Shown here: piece by piece, positions 26,119 through 38,229 of the stretch
Layout of the letters: every line of letters begins with the position of its first letter
How positions within the stretch are numbered: the first letter of the stretch is position 1
NCBI RefSeq assembly: GCF_006345805.1
Contig: NC_042997.1
Coordinates: 52,328,001 to 52,392,000, forward strand
Length of the DNA stretch: 64,000 nt
From: Octopus sinensis
Taxonomy: Eukaryota
Direction: 5' to 3'
The notes under the pieces: model-generated
Seen by the model: only the letters and a program-made list of their open reading frames with translations
Database searches by the model: none
What the model was told of the DNA's origin: nothing
Made by a program: the position numbers and the translations under genes

Positions 26119-27889
26119 ATTACTCTTGGTCAAAATATCGTCCAAGTACGGGATTACAACTTTTAATCCAAAAGGTAATTGTGTGTGTCTGTACAATCCT
26201 CTGTGTGTGTTTATTGTCAAATACTTTGAGCATTTTTCATTTACTCTTATCTGTAAATAGGCTTCAGACAGATCTCAATTCCAAAACAAAATGCAATATT
26301 TTACTCTACCGACAAAAAATTTGGTCAGAGAGTGTACGTAATAGCGATTTCACTAACCTTGGTGCTTTTCTATTGAAGGGCCGGATTAGCTTGAATCCTG
26401 AGTTATACACACGCTTGTCCACTTGTTGTAGAGATACTGACTTTATAAAGTGATCAAAGTAGTTGGAAAGATGGTAGATAATCTCGTGGACTTCTTACCA
26501 AGTCAATTCTTAGACGCCGAAACTTTAGTGTATCTATGCTCACTCTGATCAAATTCCGCTAGCTTTGTGTTAATGCTAGAAATCTATATCATTGTAGCTA
26601 CAAATACTTACATGATAGTTTATAATTGTCGTCAGATTTTTACATTGCGGTTTTATTGTTGAATACTTGTTTCTATTAAATTCATTGTCGAACTTTTCCT
26701 TACTCACACATATACATTTAAACTATCTGAATACTTAAAGCAATTTTCCAACTTTTTTTTTCCATATAATTTACGTGTGTTTGTGTATGCCGGCGTGTTT
26801 GTGTGTGTGAGAGAGAAGGACAGAGAAAGAGAGAGCGTGTGTATGTATAACATTTCTTAAATTTCTGTTCATCTTCAAATAACTTGTTTAATCCACGATG
26901 TTTCATTACTGCTTCACATAAAAAGACTGTACTATGGAGCATCATGTTCACGTCATTTGTAGATCTGAATTAACGTAAATTGTGTCAAATCTAGGTGGTG
27001 GTTTACCTTATTTTTCATATATATATATATATATACCTTTTTTTACTTCTCTACGATCCTTTTATTTCTTTCATTATGTTTCCTTCCTGTCTTTTTCTCT
27101 TTTTATTTGTTTCTGTCTGCGGTATGAAGGTGTGTAGAAGTTAATTTTTATATCCTGACAACATCAAAGGATTCCGGCTCCTTATGAAGGTGTACAGAAG
27201 TTAATTTTATATCTTAACAACATCAAAGAGCGCCGGCTTCTGTCTGTAGGATCATTTCTTTTTTGTTTGTTTGTTAGTTTGTTTTTCTCTTGCTCTGGCG
27301 TCTAAAATGGCTTTTGTTCGTTCAGCCCCCTTTGATCTTCAAAGGCAAGAAAAGTTACGTTCTTGTTAAAAAACTTATCATGACTTGCTTACCGGGTCAG
27401 TCATTGGCTGTTAATATGTGTGTCAGTTTGTATATATTTAGTTAAGGTGCAGCTTGGGCAGACCGGGTATGTGTGTGTGTGTGCTTGTGTATTAATCTTT
27501 TGGATTTGATTTGACATCAGATTGTAATGTTTTAGTTACTCCAGTACCTAATGTGCTAATGTTTGTGTATGTACACCCACGTTACACACACACACGCACG
27601 CATACACACGTCGCCTTATCGTGTTCACTTTGGGCTGGAGACTTTTAACCGGCTGATAACATCCTGTTCGTGTCTGGGACCGACTAATTTTGCTTAACAT
27701 TATGCATGATTAGAAGTGGTTTCCACTCTGTGTGAGTGTGTGAGAACACGCTCGCTCGCTTTTGTCGTCACCATTTTACGTTTGCATTCCATGTTGACAC
27801 GAGTTGAATGGTTCGGCAGGATCCTTTTAGTCAGAGAACCACACTGTTGCTTCTAAGTCTCAGTTTTGTACTATTTCTATAGCTTAATA

Positions 27890-28629
27890 GGATCTTTTCA
27901 CTTTGACCGGCAGATTTTTAAAATAATTTCTATGTAACTAAAAAATTTTAAACTTCGTATACTGGTAGAATGTGTTTATAAAACATCGTTTTCTCTTGGC
28001 TTTCTTGAAAAAATTCTGTAGTTTGTAACATACTTGTTTAATTTCTTGCATTTCGGCAATTTCAACCAATCAATGACGTCTATTGAGGTGAAAACGATTT
28101 CTGCCGTAACATTTTATGGCGGCGTCATATGAAAATGTCCCTGTTACATATATATTCGTTTAAGAAACAGATTGGGTTTATTTACATTTCTGAAGAAAAA
28201 AAGATACCCTTCCTCCCACCCCTAACCCTAACCCAGATTGAAATGCAATAGATCGATACTAGGGTCATAATTATGGGTGGACACTAAAGAGGAAACGGTT
28301 TTGTTATCCAGCTCTGTTTACGAGTGACCCCTCAGTTTATGGCCTCAGGGTATCTTTTTTCTCATAAAAAAACAGGGACATTTTCATATGACGCCGCCAT
28401 AAAATGTTACGGCAGAAATCGTTTTCACCTCAATAGACGTCATTGATTGGTTGAAATTGCTGAAATGCAAGAAATTAAACAACAAGTATGTTACAAACTA
28501 CAGAATTTTCTCAAGAAAGCCAAGAGAAAAAGATGCTTTATAAACACATTCTACCAGTATACAAAGTTTAAAATTTTTTAGTTACATAGAAATTATTTTA
28601 AAAATCTGCCGGTCAAAGTGAAAAGATCT
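27890..28629. mobile_element. 740-bp non-autonomous foldback DNA transposon with ~255-bp TIRs and 8-bp TSD
   Basis: GGATCTTTTCACTTTGACCGGCAG...ATGAAAATGTCCCTGTT is inverted at 28372-28629. GCTTAATA at 27882-89 and 28630-37. CCCTAACCCTAACCC in the spacer. Confidence 0.85.
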
Positions 28630-29480
28630 GCTTAATACCCTCTCTAATGCCAACCACTTTACAAAGTGTACTGGGTGCTTTTGTTTTTCTGTGATACCAC
28701 CACAACAGAAGGAAGAGTAGGGGAGAGAATGTATGTGTAATAACTTTAAGCAAGGTAATGAGAAGTTAAAATATGAGGAGAGGAAGGGGTTTAGTGTTGT
28801 GAGAGAGTATGAGGAGACACTGTTGTGAGGAGAATAATGGGGATAGAAGAAGGAAAATAGTTGTATCGGGGGTGGGGGTAGTAAGAAAGAGAGGAACAAC
28901 GGAAGGGATGATGGAGAGGTTTGTGTAAAAGGAACCAGTGTTATCCCACATTGTAAGGGAGAATATGGGTGGAAGGTGTGGTAGGAAGGGAGGTATGAAA
29001 GAAGCTGTACGAAGAGAACCGTCTTAAGAGAGGTCATGGATATCAATTCACGTTAACAGAGGTGGCAGTGCTGTGTAAGCCTGAGAGAGAGAGAGAGAGA
29101 AGTAAGTGAGAGAAAGGGGGAATGAGTGGAAAGCAGTGTGAATGTCATGGATGCAGTGACTGACTGAGGCAATGTTGTGTGTGGGAGATTTTTTTCCATG
29201 TGTATAATGATGTAATGCCTATCGGTAAAGAAACATGTGATAGGGAATAAATAATACCAAAATTTTCTAGTTTTCAGTTTTAAAATATAATTACTCTTTG
29301 ATAAACACTTTCCAGTATTAAACAATATTCTCTAGTGTTTTCAACTCTTATGTTGATTATACAGCTACAGGTATACTTTGGAGAACAGAAATATGCAGAT
29401 GTGCTTCATAAGAACACAGCTTAAGTTACAGCCCTATCTATATAGTATAATATATAATATAATATATATATATATATATA

Positions 29481-29712
29481 GGCGTGGCTGTGTGGTAAGA
29501 GGTTTGGTTCCCATCACATGGTTCCTCGTTCAGTCCCACTGTATGCTACCTTGGGCATGTGTCTTCTACTTTGCCAACCAAAGCCTTGTGAGTGGATTTG
29601 ATAGACAGAAACTGAAAGAAGCCTATTGTAAAGTCTTGGGGGTCGATTGTTCAACTAAAACCCTTGAAGGCTGTGCTCTAGCATGGCCACAGTCACATGA
29701 CTGAAAGAAGTA
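29481..29712 (+). mobile_element. SINE family 1, internally deleted copy
   Basis: GGCGTGGCTGTGTGGTAAG head after (TA)n; GCATGGCCACAGTC...GACTGAAA tail. Confidence 0.75.
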
Positions 29713-29863
29713 AATTTTATGTGAGAAATGTGGCAAAATAATTTTGTCAAGAATCATGAACAGCAGCTCTACCATTGTGCATTTATCCAAAACATATCAA
29801 CCCAACCGTAGATGAGCACAGCTCACCTTTAGACATCAAGGATAGCAGTACTACACTACTTAA

Positions 29864-30077
29864 CCCTTTCGTTACCGTATTTATTTTGAGATGATCTGTG
29901 TTTCGTTGAATTACTTTAAATGTAACAAAGAATTTAGTAAAATAACTCAGTTATCATTCAGCTATTGTTAGGAACAATAAGGTTTGGTGACTAAGGTTTG
30001 GTGGAAGATTTTAACTCAAAACTTACAAAAACAAGACATTTGTACTCAGAACCAGAGCCGGGTTGGTAACGAAAGGG
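29864..30077. mobile_element. piggyBac-type MITE, copy 1
   Basis: TTAA|CCCTTTCGTTACC...GGTAACGAAAGGG|TGAA; homologous to 55467-55686. Confidence 0.8.
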
Positions 30078-32582
30078 TGAAACATCAAAGATAGCAGTAC
30101 TACAGTACTGGGCTGTTGAAGCTCTATACATACAACTATGTTGGTTTTCCAATACATGAGCTTTCACAGATGACAAGTCCAGCAATTGAAAGACTGACTC
30201 TCTACATTACAGACACTTCAACATTCTGCAGATTTCAAGCAGTGTTTCACAATTTGAGCTATTCAATTTCCTTTAACTGCAGGCTCTACATACACACAGT
30301 GGAAGTCATTTATTATAATCTCTTTATAGCAAAACCTTTTCGTTAACAAAAGCCAAATGATTATTTGTTTTGAATAAAGAGTTTGAGACCAGTATATTTT
30401 AAGAACAACCATTTGATAACATTGTTCATGATTTTAAGTAGCCTCCATTGTAATGTATAGATTGTGTGCATAATACAATGGTCCAAGAATGTACAGGATT
30501 CGCTTATGTTGTTAAAATTTTGTTAAGATTTAAACATGGTTAAATTATTTTTAACATTTCTAAAGACCTGAAAAAGAAGAGAAATAAAGTTTCAGTCAGT
30601 TTTTATTTTTCATCCTTTCAGGGTCAATAAAATGATACCAGTTAAGTACCAGCTACTAGTTAAATAATACTGGTCGAATATTGGGTTTGATGTAGCAGAT
30701 TATAACCCCACACCCCATTAAAATTGCTGACTTTGTTCTTAAAATAAGAAGTTGTAATTCATGGCATTTTACAAAAATGACATTTCTCAATCACTCTTTT
30801 ACTTGGGCTTGATGTACTTATCAAGGGCATAGGTGCTTTAAAATATGTTTCGTAATTATGTGACTTTGAGATCTTTCTCACCATGCAATACTTTAGGTAA
30901 GTATCTTTTACTATAACCTTTTACAATAACCAAAGCCTTGTGGGTAAAATTTGTTTGAGGGAAAACTGTGAAAACACCTAAGACAGGCTATTACTTTTAT
31001 TTTTAGGTTAGTAAATTTAATCTATCGCATATACAACACTACTGCCTCGTGTTAATATCTCATGCTTAAGTTTTAGCACCAGCCACCAAGAAGTAATATT
31101 TCACTTTTCCCTTTACTCTGGGGACTACAAAGCCAAGCCACCACTAGAGTTATCTATGGAGAAGGATATTGTATTGATGGTGTATGTCTTGTTTGTAAAA
31201 CATAGCAAGTTGTACTAGTATATGGAGTTTATGTCATTTCATGTTTAAATCCCTCCTTTATTGCGTCATTCATGCAATTAATTTCCATATAACTTGTTCT
31301 TTTCAGTAATGTAGTTAAACTTTCACAACCATTTCTAAACAACTAGAATGAACTTCATTAAAAGCATTCAAAAATCAGGTGGTGACATTAAACTAGGTCA
31401 TAGATTAAACCTACCACCCAAGTACACCATGGTGTTATTTGAACTCCGAACACAGAGAGCTGAAACCAACACCACAAGGTGTCCCGTGATATATGTTTCA
31501 TTCCAAGTATTTGAACTCTGAATGTAAGAAGCCAGAATAAATAACACAAATCATTGTATCATGTTCTAATGACTATCAATGCCTTTACCTAAATATGAGA
31601 ATAGACAATAAAAGTACTGATTCATCTTTGACATTTCTTGTTTGAACTTGATGATTTAAGTAACTATCTTCCATTCATATTTTTTATTCATATATGATTC
31701 TTTCCTTGAAATTCTTCCTGGTAATCTTTTTGATCATTTGATTTTAATGCACTTCCTGTCAGCTCATAGTTCATATCTGTATTCTGTTTTTGTTTATGGG
31801 AATATTTTTTTCTTTGATGCCATTGATATCCTGCACAGTTCTACTCAGTTATGTTGGCTCTTCTTATCCATTGGTTTTGTCTTGAAGTTTCTCTTATTTC
31901 CTGTCTTTGTTCTTGCCTTTTGCCTAGAATGTCTCATTCTTGTGGGGGTGGGGCTTTTTTTTTTTGCTTTGTCTTCTATTTTATTCCACTTTAAATGAGA
32001 AGTGGGAATAAATTGTGGAAGACAGAAAAAGAAAAAAAGAAAAAATTGCAGACAACTAAAAAGATATTGTGAAGCAAGAATAAAATTTACTTTTCTAAAA
32101 AACATTTACATATCTAAATGATGCATTTGAAGAATTATTGAAAGATATAAGATCTGTTTATTATTTATAATAAATTAATGATGGATTTCAATACTATCAA
32201 AGATGTTAGGTCTGTTGATCCATTACCTTTAAAAATATTAATAATTTTCACTTTTCACCTAGGAAAGCACTTTATTACTCGGGAAAACACTTTCCCTTTT
32301 TATCTGGCACAGTGTTTAAATGTGAAGTGTGAATATTATTTGTAGTGAAAACATTTGCAGATTCTAAAAAGATAATATAAGTTAATGAAAGCTAACAAAA
32401 AAACAAAACAAAACAAAATACCCGGCTTACTGATTAACTGTCTGCTGCCTTATAAAAATAAAAGCATTTACTTCATCAAAAATGAAGGTGAAATTGAGTT
32501 TTTTTTTCTTTCACAAAATGAGTGTTTCTTATTGAAAATTTAATTGTTTAAGAAAAAGTGTTTTTCCTAGAAAATGAAATAA

Positions 32583-32787
32583 TCCTTTCTACTATAGGCA
32601 CAAGCCCTGAAATTTGTGAGGAGGGGGTCAGTTGATTAGATCGCCCCCAATACTGAACTGGTACTTATTTTATTGACCATGAAAGGATGAAAGGTAAAGT
32701 CTACCTTGGTAGAATTTGAACTCAGAATGTAGTGGCAGGCAAAATACCATTAAGCATTTCGCCCAGTGTGCTACCAATTCTGGCAAG
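32583..32787 (-). mobile_element. SINE family 2 copy
   Basis: Reverse complement of the family 2 body (GAAAGGATGAAAGG, GAACTCAGAATG). Further minus copies at ~33170-33392. Confidence 0.75.
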
Positions 32788-33458
32788 AAGAATGTTCAGT
32801 AATGATAGAAAAATAGCAGACGGTTGAGTGTTAGCTTGATACTCTAAAACAGTGCTTCTCTAATTATCTGATGCGGTGTACCAGCAATTTTTTTCCAATG
32901 TGCTTGGGACCAGTAATATTGCTTAGTAATATTAATTTATAATGGAAACAATAAATATAATATAAGTCAACAATTTTTAAAATTTTATATTTATTTTGAA
33001 GTAAATAATACAATATTACATAAGCATTTTATTATGTTTCTTTCTTTTCTGGAAATTTGCCACATACCAGCAGCTCTTTGAGTAGCACTGCTCAAAAGTA
33101 CCCAGTGTGACAAAAGTATATTGAATTGCTGCAGAAGAGATTAACAAGACTTTAGACTCTTATTTGCCTGCTGTGCTAATGATTCTGTCAGCTCACTACC
33201 TTAATTATAATAATAATGGTTTCATATTTTGGCACAAGTCCAGTAATTTTGGGAGTAGGGGTAAGTTGATTATATTGACCCCAGTACTTAATTTACCTAC
33301 CCCAAAAGGATGAAAGGCAAAGTAGGCATTGACAGAATTTGAACTGAGAATGTAGAGACTGGTGAAGTGCCATTAAGTATTTTGCCCGAGACCTTTTTTT
33401 TTTCATGCAACGCTGTCATCATCATAATCATTATTATCTCTTCATTCTATTGAATTAG

Positions 33459-33661
33459 GGTTCGTTCCCTGAGAAGCTAGTATCAGGCTCAGATGATTTT
33501 ACACTTTACCTGTGGCATCCAGAATTAGATTCTCAACCTATCAATCGAATGACTGGTCATCAACAACTGATTAACCAAGTTCTTTTCTCACCTGATACAC
33601 GAACTATTGCCAGTTGCTCTTTTGATAAATCTGTGAAACTCTGGCATGGTCGAAATGGCAA
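33459..33661 (+). CDS. NLE1: Notchless homolog 1 (WD40 ribosome-assembly factor, Rsa4 ortholog), internal coding exon A
   Basis: Acceptor AG at 33457-58, donor GTAAGT at 33662. Translates as GSFPEKLVSGSDDFTLYLWHPELDSQPINRMTGHQQLINQVLFSPDTRTIASCSFDKSVKLWHGRNG(K), closely matching the known NLE1 segment PERLVSGSDDFTLFLW...RMTGHQALINQVLFSPD...SFDKSIKLW. 203 nt, ends in phase 2. Confidence 0.95.
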
Positions 33662-35185
33662 GTAAGTCAAAGAATTTTCTTTTTGTTATTTAATTCATTA
33701 TAGTTGCTATTGGCTAAGATTTAGGGTAGGTACTTGTGTTCAAACCCTGCTTCAAGTAAATTAATCAAAAGCATAATATTTGACAAGCAAGTAGAGAATT
33801 TCCTGTCTATTCAATACATCTAAAATCTTCAGTTTTTTAAAACAGAAACATTTTCAAATCTGAATTATGGAAGCTGTGTCAACAATAAACACAAGATAGT
33901 CATAGTTGGAGTAGTTGTTGAACCTTTCTTTGTTTATCTACTCAACAGCAATAATAAAATAAGGTGAACAGTGTCCATAACTTTCTAGAACCCACTTATT
34001 CTGAGATATAGAGATAATTTAGATGAAATGTGTACAGTTGTTTTTTAACTTGAAATATTTCATTGTAATATTGGAAGAAGAAACATAAATAGAAGTTCTA
34101 GAGGGAAGCAGTTTTAATAAGGATTAGACAAACATTTTGTTAGAGAATCTGGGGAATGTATAACAATGAAGGCGATAAGAGGAGGAAAAGTGAATTCATT
34201 TAGTTTATGTGTAAGAGCAATTAGATTGCAGTAGCAGTAGAAGTGGTAAAAACAGCATGTGACATGAAGGTAAGTTAGTGTTTAGAGAGATTGTGTTATC
34301 AAAATGAATGATATAAACCAGCTGAAGAGAGAACATGAACTAGGGATAGATGTTAAGTCAGACTTGAGGTAAACTGGAATGAAAATCTAAAAGCAATAGT
34401 TAATTGGCAGGATATGGTATAGAGGAATGGTCACACAGACCTACTCCGGTTCATGCCAGTAAGATAAAGCAAATATAAAAACATTGACAATGATGGCAGC
34501 CGGCTGGTGTAGAAGGAACTTCCTTTGATATAAAATCTAAATTTATTATCTCTTAAGTTCTCTAACTTTTCTTTTATTTATTTTACTGCTTAACATCATA
34601 ATTTCCAACATCCAGTATTTTTACAATGTAGACCTATTTTACTATAACTCCAAGGGTGCATGTATGTATATATCAGTTAATAAGTGTGTATATCTTACTT
34701 GTGTGTATGTGTACTGTGTTGACTATAAATGAATCTGTTCATTTTAATTACACACACACCTATTTATATGTACACTGATTTTGTGGTTCTTTTTTTTTTT
34801 CGTTTGTATTTTGTCCTTTATTTTTTCCTAACCTCAAGACTTAACAGTCATTGATATTTGATATCATCCAATTTTTAAGCAGCAGCCATTGTGGCTCCTT
34901 TCTATGTCGTTAACCTAGAGTTCTAATTTAGTTACATTAAATTCAAACTATGTTTTTCTTCATAACTCTTGGAAGTAATAACTGTGAGGAATTTTCAGAG
35001 GGATTGATACCTTTTTGTTGACCTGTTTGGGCTCAGTGGAACATATGGCATCTATATTACAGAATGATAAACATTTAAACTTACTAGATGTGCTTTATTA
35101 TAAAATATATACATTAACGCTTTATCATTATTACAAGTGGTTCACTTTTGTTGACACTATCATCTTTTAATTCCTTTACCTATAT

Positions 35186-35922
35186 TGGTTTCAAATTTTG
35201 GCACAAAACCAACAATTCCATGGGAATGGGTACGTCAGTTACATTGACCCAGTACTCAACTAGTACTGATTTTAATTAACCCTGAACAAACGGAAGGTAA
35301 AGAACTCAGAATTTAAAGACAGATGAAATGCCACTAAGCATTTTACCTAGTGTGCTAACGATTCTGCCAGCTTGCTGACTTAATTTCTTTTCCAATATTG
35401 ACATCATTATTTTCATCTTTATACATTTGAAGTTTTGTTCCCTGTCTAAAGATATCATCATCATCATTATTGTCAACATCATTATCATCATCACCACTGC
35501 CATCATTGATTTTCCTATTAATTTAATCATGATCACAAGTGTTGACTTTTATCCAGAGAGTGATTCTCATAGAGTGGTGGCATTCTGTTCCTCACCAGTT
35601 GGTTGACCTCTGTGATTCTCACATATTGGGTGACTGAGTTGTAACTGTTTCTCAGCACCCATCTCATTACACAACCTAAAGACATAGTTTGTTGGTTTGC
35701 TGTTATATTGTAACAAAGGTGAAAGCAACAGAAATGGTAGAGCACTGTAAACAGTATTTTACAGTATTTAGTGAAGTACCTTGACATTCTAAGTTCAAAT
35801 CCTTCCAAGGTTGATTTCATTCATCATTCCAGAATCAATAAAACAAGTAGCAATCAAATATTGGGGTTGATGTAATTGACTTCTCTCCTGTTGTATTGTT
35901 GAACCTTGTACTTATGCTAGAA

Positions 35923-35967
<45 letters not shown>

Positions 35968-36183
35968 AAAATGAAGTCAGCTGGCAGAATCATTAACATG
36001 CCAGACATGATGCTTTATGGATTTCTTTTGTCTCTTTACATTCTGAGTTCAAATTCTCTCGAGGTTGCTATTACTTTTATCCTTTTAAAGTTGATAAAAT
36101 AAATACCATTTGAGCACTGAAGTTGATGAAATTGAGGACCTCCTCTTCCCTAAATTTCAGGCCTTGCACCTTTAGTAGAAAGG

Positions 36184-36218
<35 letters not shown>

Positions 36219-36890
36219 GGCGGTGAGCTGGAAGAATCATTAGAACACTAGACAAAATGCTTAGTGGTATTTCACCCATCACTACATTCTGAGTTCAGAT
36301 TCTGCTATGGTCAACTTTGCTATTCGTCCTTTCAGGGTCAATAAATTAAATACCAGTAAAACATAGGGGTCGCTGTAATCAACTAGTTCCTCTCCCCCCA
36401 AAAAAACAATTTCAGGCCCCTTGTGCCTAGAGCAGAAAGGATTATTATTATTATTATTATTATAAAGGTGGTGAGCAAGCAAAAGCCTTAGCATGTCAAA
36501 CAAAATGCTTAGCAGCATTTCGTCTGTTCTTACATCCTGAATTCAAATTCCAATACTGGGGTCAATGTAATCGACTAGAGTCCTTCCCCAAACTTTCAGG
36601 CCTTGAGCCTTTAGTAAAAAGGGTTATCATTACTACTACTGCTACTGCTGCTGCTACTACTACTACTACAATCACTACTACTAGGGCTGTAGATTGGCAG
36701 AAACATTAGTCAGAAAGAATGTTTTGTGGTATTTCTTCCGGCCTTTATCTTCTGATTTAAAACCTCATCAACACTACCTTTCATCTTTTCAGGCTCAATA
36801 AAATAACGTATCAGTCAATTACAGGGGTCAATACATTAGATGAACCCTGCCAAAAATAAAATTTCTAACATTGTGCCTAAACTAGAAACA
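35186..36890. repeat. Cluster of family 2 SINEs: one minus copy (35186-35378) and ~5 head-to-tail plus copies (~35785, 35972, 36217, 36466, 36684) separated by (ATT)n/(CTA)n tails
   Basis: Repeated GAGCTGGCAGAATCATTA...TTCTGAGTTCAAATTC...CATCCTTT...GGGTCAAT units. Confidence 0.8.
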
Positions 36891-37016
36891 ATCACCATCA
36901 TCATCAAAAAGTAAAATTGAAATTATTATTATAAAATGATTTTAAGAAGTTTTTTTCTTTTCATTTATTTTGTATATATTCTCTTATTTATAACTTGTTA
37001 TTTAATTTACCTACAG

Positions 37017-37176
37017 ATTTCTGACAACACTTCGGGGTCATGTGACTCGAGTTTACCAAATTGCCTGGTCAGCTGACAGTCGCCTACTGTGTAGCTCAAG
37101 TGCTGACTCCACTATCAAAGTTTGGGACATGACATCAAAAAAGCTGTTACATGATCTCCCAGGTCATGCTGATGAG
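37017..37176 (+). CDS. NLE1: Notchless homolog 1, internal coding exon B
   Basis: Acceptor tttacctacAG, donor GTAATT at 37177. The first nucleotide completes the K codon from exon A, then FLTTLRGHVTRVYQIAWSADSRLLCSSSADSTIKVWDMTSKKLLHDLPGHADE. Phase is compatible with both neighbours. Confidence 0.95.
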
Positions 37177-37373
37177 GTAATTTCCCTCACTTTTATTGTA
37201 AATAAACAGTATCATATTAATTCTAACAGTTGCATTGTATGTTTCCAGAACATGGCAAACATATATTCATACACAACCATATTGTTTTTTGCTACTTTAT
37301 GTTGTTTTCAATTTTTTAATGGTAAGTTTGGTGGTGGCTTTGACTGTGTAGCTAAGAAGTTTGTTTCACAGTA

Positions 37374-37419
<46 letters not shown>

Positions 37420-37452
37420 ATATGTGTGTGTGTGATCTCTTGAGCACCACCA

Positions 37453-37670
37453 GCTCAAATATTTTCTCCTCTGTCTTCCCTCCTTGGGATCTTTCCTTCT
37501 CCTTGTTTCCGACGAAGAGCTCCGCTCGAAACGTTAAACCCTCCTTCCCTTCTTTCCTGAGCGTCAATAATACTTTAATTGTTCCACGTCCTGCGTCGCT
37601 GTATTTTTTTCCCCTTTTTTCTCTTTTTTTTTCTCCTTTTTTTCTGTGTTTTCTTGTTTGGATTAACTTT
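37453..37670 (+). mobile_element. Penelope-like pLTR fragment, copy 2, in the NLE1 intron
   Basis: Homologous to 1741-1935, with a 44-nt identical core and the same (TA)n end. Confidence 0.6.
37505..37539 (+). ncRNA. Minimal type I hammerhead ribozyme-like motif
   Basis: Identical to 1780-1814. Confidence 0.55.
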
Positions 37671-37673
37671 ATA

Positions 37674-37709
<36 letters not shown>

Positions 37710-38229
37710 AGATATTTTATTCCACTCTGGTAGAAATATAAGAAAAATAGAAGTTGAAAATGCACTGAGAATAGTTAAAATACTTTCTATTAAAATATTT
37801 GAAGCTTTAACCGGTTTCACAGTTTACACTGATTTTCAAAAAGTTCAAATAGAAAGACATGGCTTATGTCGCAGCTGTCTTGCTTCTGATTAACGTTTGA
37901 AGCTTGCCTTGTTTTTATAGGGAGTTCATGGCTCAAATTAGTATATGTTTTGAATAGGATATGATTGGTAGAGGATAGTCATGACAGGTTTTAGAAATCA
38001 TTGTAGGTTCTCTGCTACATCTGTGTGTTAGTATCAGGTGGCAATGTTTGGCATCATAAAATAAGGCTGACACAGTTAACTGAACAAGTCCAAATAATCA
38101 ATACTCTGAATGTTTTCTGTCATGAACACATGACTAAGTTTAAAACCTTTTGTATATTTCCTGCTACATGTAGCTTCCTCATGATAAGTGGCAGAATGAA
38201 TTTTGTGTATGAATAGTTATATGTATATG

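Noticed and set aside
28582-29046. 154-aa S/P/L/F-rich minus-strand ORF
   Set aside because: A by-product of purine/pyrimidine strand skew; no domain motif recognised.
31845-32105. K/R-rich minus-strand ORF, vaguely like a LINE C-terminus
   Set aside because: No diagnostic motif; explained by the T-rich plus strand.
37042-37443. 133-aa ORF from the track
   Set aside because: It is NLE1 exon B read through its donor site into intron and (TA)n sequence, not a separate gene.
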